In this document: positions 59,417-64,000 of the stretch, in pieces
Layout: each line of letters opens with the position of its first letter
How positions within the stretch are numbered: the stretch's first letter is position 1
Assembly (NCBI GenBank): GCA_041854325.1
Contig: JBHACB010000093.1
Location: forward strand, 2,346-66,345
Reading direction: 5' to 3'
Length of the DNA stretch: 64,000 nt
Source: Porphyromonas sp.
Lineage (GTDB): Bacteria; Bacteroidota; Bacteroidia; Bacteroidales; Porphyromonadaceae
Program-made: the position numbers and the translations under genes
Notes under the pieces: model-generated
What the model saw: the letters and a program-made list of their open reading frames with translations, nothing else
Databases searched by the model: none
What the model was told of the DNA's origin: nothing

Positions 59417-61426
59417 CTATGCTTCGTTTGGAGTATTATCGTTGGGTACCTCTGCCTCCTCTGCCTCTGGCGTAGGAGCTACCTCGCCCTGTGTGGCCTG
59501 CTGGCGACGTTCACCCTTGGCGTTCATGATCTCCTCGGTACGGCTAGCCCACTGACGCTTGCCTAGCAGACGCTCTACATCTTCGGTGTAGATAACCTCG
59601 GCCTCGAGAAGGAGCTCGCTGAGGGCACGATGCCCCTCGGCATGCTCCTGTAGGAGAGCCTTGGCACGTTCGTATTGGGTGCGTATGAGTTCACTTACCT
59701 CTTGGTCGATGAGCTCGGCCGTCTTGTCGCTATAGGGCTTGTTGAAGCCATAGCCCTCGCTCTGCATCTCGTAGTAGTTGATGTTGGGCAGATTGGGGCT
59801 CATGCCATAGTAGGCTACCATAGCATAGGCGAGCTTGGTGATCCGCTCGAGGTCGTTGGCAGCTCCCGTGGAGATAGTGCCTAAGAAGACCTCCTCGGCA
59901 GCACGACCTGCTAGTGTGGCGCACATCTGGTCGAGTAGGGCCTGTGTCGTGGTGATCTGTCTCTCCTCGGGGAGGTACCAAGCAGCACCAAGAGCCTTGC
60001 CACGAGGCACTATCGTAACCTTCACTAGAGGATTGGCATACTGTAGATACCAGCTCACGGTGGCATGCCCAGCCTCGTGAATAGCGATACTACGGCGCTC
60101 CTCTTGGGTGGTGATAGCATTCTTCTTCTCTAGCCCACCGATAACGCGATCCACGGCATTCATGAAGTCGTCTTTGGTAACGAAGTCTTTGCCAGAGCGA
60201 GCAGCGATGAGGGCGGCCTCGTTGCATATGTTGGCAATGTCGGCCCCTGAGAAGCCAGGCGTCTGACGGGCGAGTAGATCTATATCAAGCGAATTGTCGG
60301 TCTTGATGCGCTTGAGGTGTACGAGGAATATCTCCTTGCGATCGTTGACATCGGGTAGATCGACGTATATCTGCCGGTCGAAGCGGCCAGCACGCAGTAG
60401 AGCGGAGTCGAGTATGTCAGCACGATTGGTCGCAGCCATTACGATGATACCGCTATTGGTACCAAAGCCATCCATCTCGGTAAGGAGTTGGTTGAGCGTA
60501 TTCTCTCGCTCGTCGTTGCCTCCGAAGCTGTTGTTTTTGCCTCGGGCGCGCCCCACGGCATCAATCTCGTCGATGAAGATGATACAGGGGGCTTTTTCTT
60601 TGGCCTTGGTGAAGAGGTCGCGTACACGGCTAGCTCCGACACCGACGAACATCTCCACAAAGTCGGAGCCCGAGAGGGAGAAGAAAGGCACGTGCGCCTC
60701 CCCTGCCACTGCCTTGGCTAGTAGTGTCTTACCAGTACCAGGAGGGCCTACGAGGAGGGCTCCCTTGGGGATCTTACCCCCTAGCTGGGTGTACTTCTCG
60801 GGGTTTTTGAGGAAGTGTACGATCTCCTCCACCTCTTCCTTGGCCTCGTGTAGTCCTGCCACATCGGCAAAGGTTACGGACATGGTGCTCTTGTCGTGTA
60901 GCTGGGCCTTGCTCTTGCCGATAGAGAAGATACCTCCACCGCCAGCTCCTCCTCCACCGCCAGCACCACTCATACGTCTCATCATCCATAGCCAAAAGAC
61001 TACGATGAGGATCATCGGTAGCCAGTTGAGCAGAATAGAGAGGAAGCCTCTACCACTCTCCTTGTATGTTACCTTGGCGGTCAGACCATTGCTCTCGTAG
61101 AAATCGCTAAACCTATCTACCGAGGGGATCTGGGTCGTTACGCTATACTGGCTTATCTTAGCTGAGGCACGCGTATCACCAGGGCGAAATACGCTATCGG
61201 CCATACTTGCCGAGAGGGTGCCCGTAGCTCGGTGCTCGGTGCGGTCTACAGTGATCTCTGTGAACGCATTCTTCTTGGCTATCTGCTGAAACTCGTTCCA
61301 GCTAAGCTCTTTACTTGCACTGCCCTCTCCATCGATGAAGAGCAGTAGCACTAGGGTCATTAGGATGCCTCCATAGATCCACATCTCGTTGAAGCGAAAG
61401 CTCGGCTTCTTCTGTTTGTCCGACAT
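59417..61426 (-). CDS. ftsH: ATP-dependent zinc metalloprotease
   Basis: Walker [15 protein letters not shown] region, HEAGH zinc site. Confidence 0.95.
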   Translation of the reverse strand: MSDKQKKPSFRFNEMWIYGGILMTLVLLLFIDGEGSASKELSWNEFQQIAKKNAFTEITVDRTEHRATGTLSASMADSVFRPGDTRASAKISQYSVTTQIPSVDRFSDFYESNGLTAKVTYKESGRGFLSILLNWLPMILIVVFWLWMMRRMSGAGGGGGAGGGGIFSIGKSKAQLHDKSTMSVTFADVAGLHEAKEEVEEIVHFLKNPEKYTQLGGKIPKGALLVGPPGTGKTLLAKAVAGEAHVPFFSLSGSDFVEMFVGVGASRVRDLFTKAKEKAPCIIFIDEIDAVGRARGKNNSFGGNDERENTLNQLLTEMDGFGTNSGIIVMAATNRADILDSALLRAGRFDRQIYVDLPDVNDRKEIFLVHLKRIKTDNSLDIDLLARQTPGFSGADIANICNEAALIAARSGKDFVTKDDFMNAVDRVIGGLEKKNAITTQEERRSIAIHEAGHATVSWYLQYANPLVKVTIVPRGKALGAAWYLPEERQITTTQALLDQMCATLAGRAAEEVFLGTISTGAANDLERITKLAYAMVAYYGMSPNLPNINYYEMQSEGYGFNKPYSDKTAELIDQEVSELIRTQYERAKALLQEHAEGHRALSELLLEAEVIYTEDVERLLGKRQWASRTEEIMNAKGERRQQATQGEVAPTPEAEEAEVPNDNTPNEA

Positions 61427-61542
61427 TCTTATATCCGATAATAGCTAATAATCAATTCTATCACGATCCTTATAGAGACAAGTGCATGCCTCTGATCGTA
61501 CTATGGGTATAACAAAGTTTGTGCCACAAGGGTTGTCCGCCA

Positions 61543-63219
61543 CTATGGCATAGCCTCTAACCGTACGATACGTACATCCAGAGCACCAACCTCGAGGACT
61601 AGAGGCGCTAGAGGCGTTAGGGTAGCGACAGAGCTTGTGCCATGCAGTAGATCGGTCTGGCGCAGTGGTGTATTGGGTGCTAGGCCGATGAGCTCGATCA
61701 AGTGGCTAGGGGTATGGATACTTGCCTTGCGTGGCTCGTGTGCTAGGTTGGCGACTACGAGCACCACCTCACCATCGATGTAGCGCACGAAGCTGAGCAG
61801 ACGGTGCCCATCGTACGAGGCTGGCTGTAGATAGTTGAGCCCATGGTAAGCGCCACATCGTAGAGCATGCTGGCTGTGGCAGAGAGCTAGGAGCTGGCGG
61901 TGATAGTCGAGCGTAGCACGCTCGCTAGGCTCGAGTCGCTTGCCCCTATAGTCGCGCCCTAGGCGACGTAGGCTGGCGAGCGACCAATAGTCAAATATAC
62001 TGGTGCGCCCATCTAGACCACTGAAGCCCTCGGCATCCATGCCTCGCTCACCGAGCTCTTGGGCGAAGTAGATAAGGAGAGGATTGCGTCCGCAAAGAGC
62101 TATGATGGCGAGGGCTGGGCGAAGAGCTGTGGCAGAGCCGGCATAGAAGTCGGATGCAAAGCGTTGCTCATCGTGGTTCTCGAGGAAGTAGCACATAGAG
62201 GCTTGATCGGCTCCTACAGCATCTCGGGCGTTGTCGAAAGCCGAGGCCGGTAGCTCGCCTCTCACTATACCTCGTAGGGTGTCGTACACCCCGACCTTGT
62301 CGTACAGATAGTCGAAGCCGGCTTCCAAGTATCCTCTATAGCGATAGGGTTGGTAGATCTCGGCCAGAAAGAGTAGGCCGGTAGCCTGTGCCCTAAGCTG
62401 TGGTATAGCCCATGCCCAAAACGCCTCGGGTACCATCTCTGCCATATCGCATCGGAAGCCATCGATACCCTTGCTCACCCAGTACGAGAGTATCTCTAGC
62501 ATACGATGCCATGCCACGGGGATGGGGTCGGTATGTAGATGCCCTCCTCCTAGGTAGTCCACTCCATAGTTGATCTTGATAGTCTCGTACCAGTCGTGTG
62601 CACTCGGATAGGGGCTGAAGCAGTCGTTGCCCGTAGCTCGTGCTGGTACCTCGGTATAGCTCCCTGCGGTAGGCATCACTAGTGCTTGGTCAGGGAAGTA
62701 GTAGAAGCAGTTGCTCGTCGAGAAGTGTAGCCTCGTATCATCGCCTTCGCCGAGATCGGATGTCCCTGTGGGAGCTGCGTCTGATCGGTAGGTGCGTGCC
62801 ACGTGGTTGGGGACGAAATCCATGAGGACCTTGAGCCCAGCACCATGTACACGCTCTACCAGAGCCTCAAGCTCGGCCATACGAGCCCGTGGATGGTCTG
62901 CTAGGGCTGGAGCGATGTCGTAGTAGTCCTTGACGGCATAGGGCGAGCCAGCACACCCCTTGACGATCTCTTGTGGATCAGCTTCGATACCCTCAAAGGC
63001 GGTCGTCGTGGCGTGCTCTAGTAGTCCGACGAACCAGATATGCGTACAGCCAAGCCCTTTGATATAGTCGAGGGCCTCGGTATCGAATGCTGACAGACGC
63101 CCCGATCCGTTGTGCTGTAGAGAGCCGTGTGGTTTGGGATTTGCCTTGAGGTTGCCCCAGAGGCGAGGGAGCACCGAGTATATGATGATCTTTTTGTCCA
63201 TGTTGCTATCCGTTGACAT
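61543..63219 (-). CDS. GH13 alpha-amylase-family glycosidase (no signal peptide)
   Basis: DFVPNH, GFRCDMAE and FLENHD conserved regions. Confidence 0.8.
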   Translation of the reverse strand: MSTDSNMDKKIIIYSVLPRLWGNLKANPKPHGSLQHNGSGRLSAFDTEALDYIKGLGCTHIWFVGLLEHATTTAFEGIEADPQEIVKGCAGSPYAVKDYYDIAPALADHPRARMAELEALVERVHGAGLKVLMDFVPNHVARTYRSDAAPTGTSDLGEGDDTRLHFSTSNCFYYFPDQALVMPTAGSYTEVPARATGNDCFSPYPSAHDWYETIKINYGVDYLGGGHLHTDPIPVAWHRMLEILSYWVSKGIDGFRCDMAEMVPEAFWAWAIPQLRAQATGLLFLAEIYQPYRYRGYLEAGFDYLYDKVGVYDTLRGIVRGELPASAFDNARDAVGADQASMCYFLENHDEQRFASDFYAGSATALRPALAIIALCGRNPLLIYFAQELGERGMDAEGFSGLDGRTSIFDYWSLASLRRLGRDYRGKRLEPSERATLDYHRQLLALCHSQHALRCGAYHGLNYLQPASYDGHRLLSFVRYIDGEVVLVVANLAHEPRKASIHTPSHLIELIGLAPNTPLRQTDLLHGTSSVATLTPLAPLVLEVGALDVRIVRLEAMP

Positions 63220-63278
63220 TCGTCTCGTAGCCCTTGAGGGAAGTACGTCTAGTACCCCATCTCTAGCCAGCTAGTAGG

Positions 63279-63286
63279 GCAAAGAT
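63279..63286 (-). promoter_or_regulatory. -7 box TATCTTTG (minus strand) upstream of the GH13 gene
   Basis: TAnnTTTG match, 60 nt upstream of the ATG. Confidence 0.4.
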
Positions 63287-63379
63287 ACTCAATTTATCTC
63301 GCCTCTTCTGTCCCCTTTAGCTTTAGGGATAACGAGCGGGCCTCATAGGGGAGCTGCTCTCCTCGAGATACAGGAGGCA

Positions 63380-63838
63380 TCACAATGCCTCTAGGAGCTC
63401 TCGGATGCTACATCCGAGGCTAGGGTGTGTGCTCTCGGGGGCTATATCTGCTAGAGGAATGAGCACGAACGACCGCTCGTGCATACGAGGGTGTGGTATT
63501 GTTAGCTCGAGGCTATCGTAGCGTAGAGCTCCGTAGAGGAGTAGGTCTAGGTCGATGGGACGATCGGTATATTGTCCACCGATGCTCTTGTGCTGCCGAC
63601 CGAGTGTACGCTCGATGCCCTGTGTCGCTACGAGCACCTGACGAGGCGATAGTCGCGTCTCTACAGCTATCACGGCATTGACAAAAGCAAAGGACGAGAC
63701 GAAGCCCTCGGGCTCCGTCTCGTATCTAGGGGACTGGGCCACGATGGCCCCTATCTGCTCTGCTACGAGTGTCGTGGCCCTATCAAGTAGGGCATGGCGA
63801 TCGCCTTGGTTGCTTCCTAGAGCGAGGTAGATACGCAT
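63380..63838 (-). CDS. folK: 2-amino-4-hydroxy-6-hydroxymethyldihydropteridine diphosphokinase
   Basis: IYLALGSNQGDR, RPIDLDLL and IPHPRMHERSFVL motifs. Confidence 0.9.
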   Translation of the reverse strand: MRIYLALGSNQGDRHALLDRATTLVAEQIGAIVAQSPRYETEPEGFVSSFAFVNAVIAVETRLSPRQVLVATQGIERTLGRQHKSIGGQYTDRPIDLDLLLYGALRYDSLELTIPHPRMHERSFVLIPLADIAPESTHPSLGCSIRELLEAL

Positions 63839-63841
63839 CGC

Positions 63842-64000
63842 TTAGACGATGAGGATAGCATCGCCATAGGCTCCGAAGCGGTACTTCTCCTTGATCGCAA
63901 CGCTATAGGCATGCATCACTTGCTCGTAGCCACCGAAGGCTGCTGTCATCATCAGCAGGGGCGACTTGGACATATGGAAGTTGGTAATCAGAGCCGAGGG
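63842..64000 (-). CDS. queA: S-adenosylmethionine:tRNA ribosyltransferase-isomerase, 3' end only (runs off the window)
   Basis: The minus-strand translation ends ...LITNFHMSKSPLLMMTAAFGGYEQVMHAYSVAIKEKYRFGAYGDAILIV*, which matches the QueA C-terminus pattern (TNFH...YRF.SYGDAM). Confidence 0.7.
   Translation of the reverse strand, partial: PSALITNFHMSKSPLLMMTAAFGGYEQVMHAYSVAIKEKYRFGAYGDAILIV

Noticed and set aside
60294-61100. 268-aa ORF antisense to ftsH. Similar long antisense or alternative-frame ORFs occur at 19984-20652 inside ntpI, at 33323-34095 and 34848-35249 inside secA, and at 25139-25600 inside metG.
   Set aside because: Their Ser/Arg/Pro/Leu-rich low-complexity translations carry no motifs. 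They lie wholly inside strongly supported conserved genes. Stop-poor antisense frames of this kind are typical of ~55% GC DNA.

Overview
This is a 64-kb chromosomal segment from a Bacteroidota genome, probably Porphyromonas-like. That placement is inference from four things: hand-counted GC of about 55%, recurrent TAnnTTTG -7 promoter boxes, a V-type ATPase operon carrying DUF2764, and a WbpD-type acetyltransferase directly beside dnaA. I support about 47 protein genes and one tRNA-Gly(GCC). Nearly all are housekeeping or envelope functions:
- Corrin and cofactor genes: cbiJD-cbiL, panD, folD, folB, folK, nadE, and a partial queA.
- Protein targeting and information processing: ffh, secA, dnaA, metG, ftsH-cdsA.
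- Energy: a 7-gene V-ATPase operon.
- Surface sugars: WbpE/WbpB/WbpD-like sugar-nucleotide genes and gmd-fcl.
- Transport and carbohydrate use: an iron/corrinoid-type ABC importer, an alpha-glucan phosphorylase, and GH2/GH13/GHL10 glycosidases.

I saw no rRNA, CRISPR array, transposase, integrase or phage genes. I do not see a convincing multi-gene novel system.

The unexplained structure is mostly non-coding:
- A composite palindromic repeat family built on CCTAGGGTGAACG half-sites, with 5 intergenic copies. Three of them share longer collinear flanks.
- A strict 23-bp minisatellite (GATCATTGAATATCGACTGAGGC) at three promoter-proximal loci.
- A candidate structured RNA upstream of a Ser-type sulfatase.
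- Very long perfect hairpins at convergent gene junctions.

The most unusual coding features are:
- A codon-atypical orphan two-domain protein with a PD-(D/E)xK nuclease-like C-terminus (23853-24941).
- A translationally coupled phosphoesterase / DUF4105 / alkaline-phosphatase-fold triad upstream of secA.
- A GT2 gene with an AT-rich 3' two-thirds.

All family calls come from reading the translated ORFs and recalling motifs. No database search was run.
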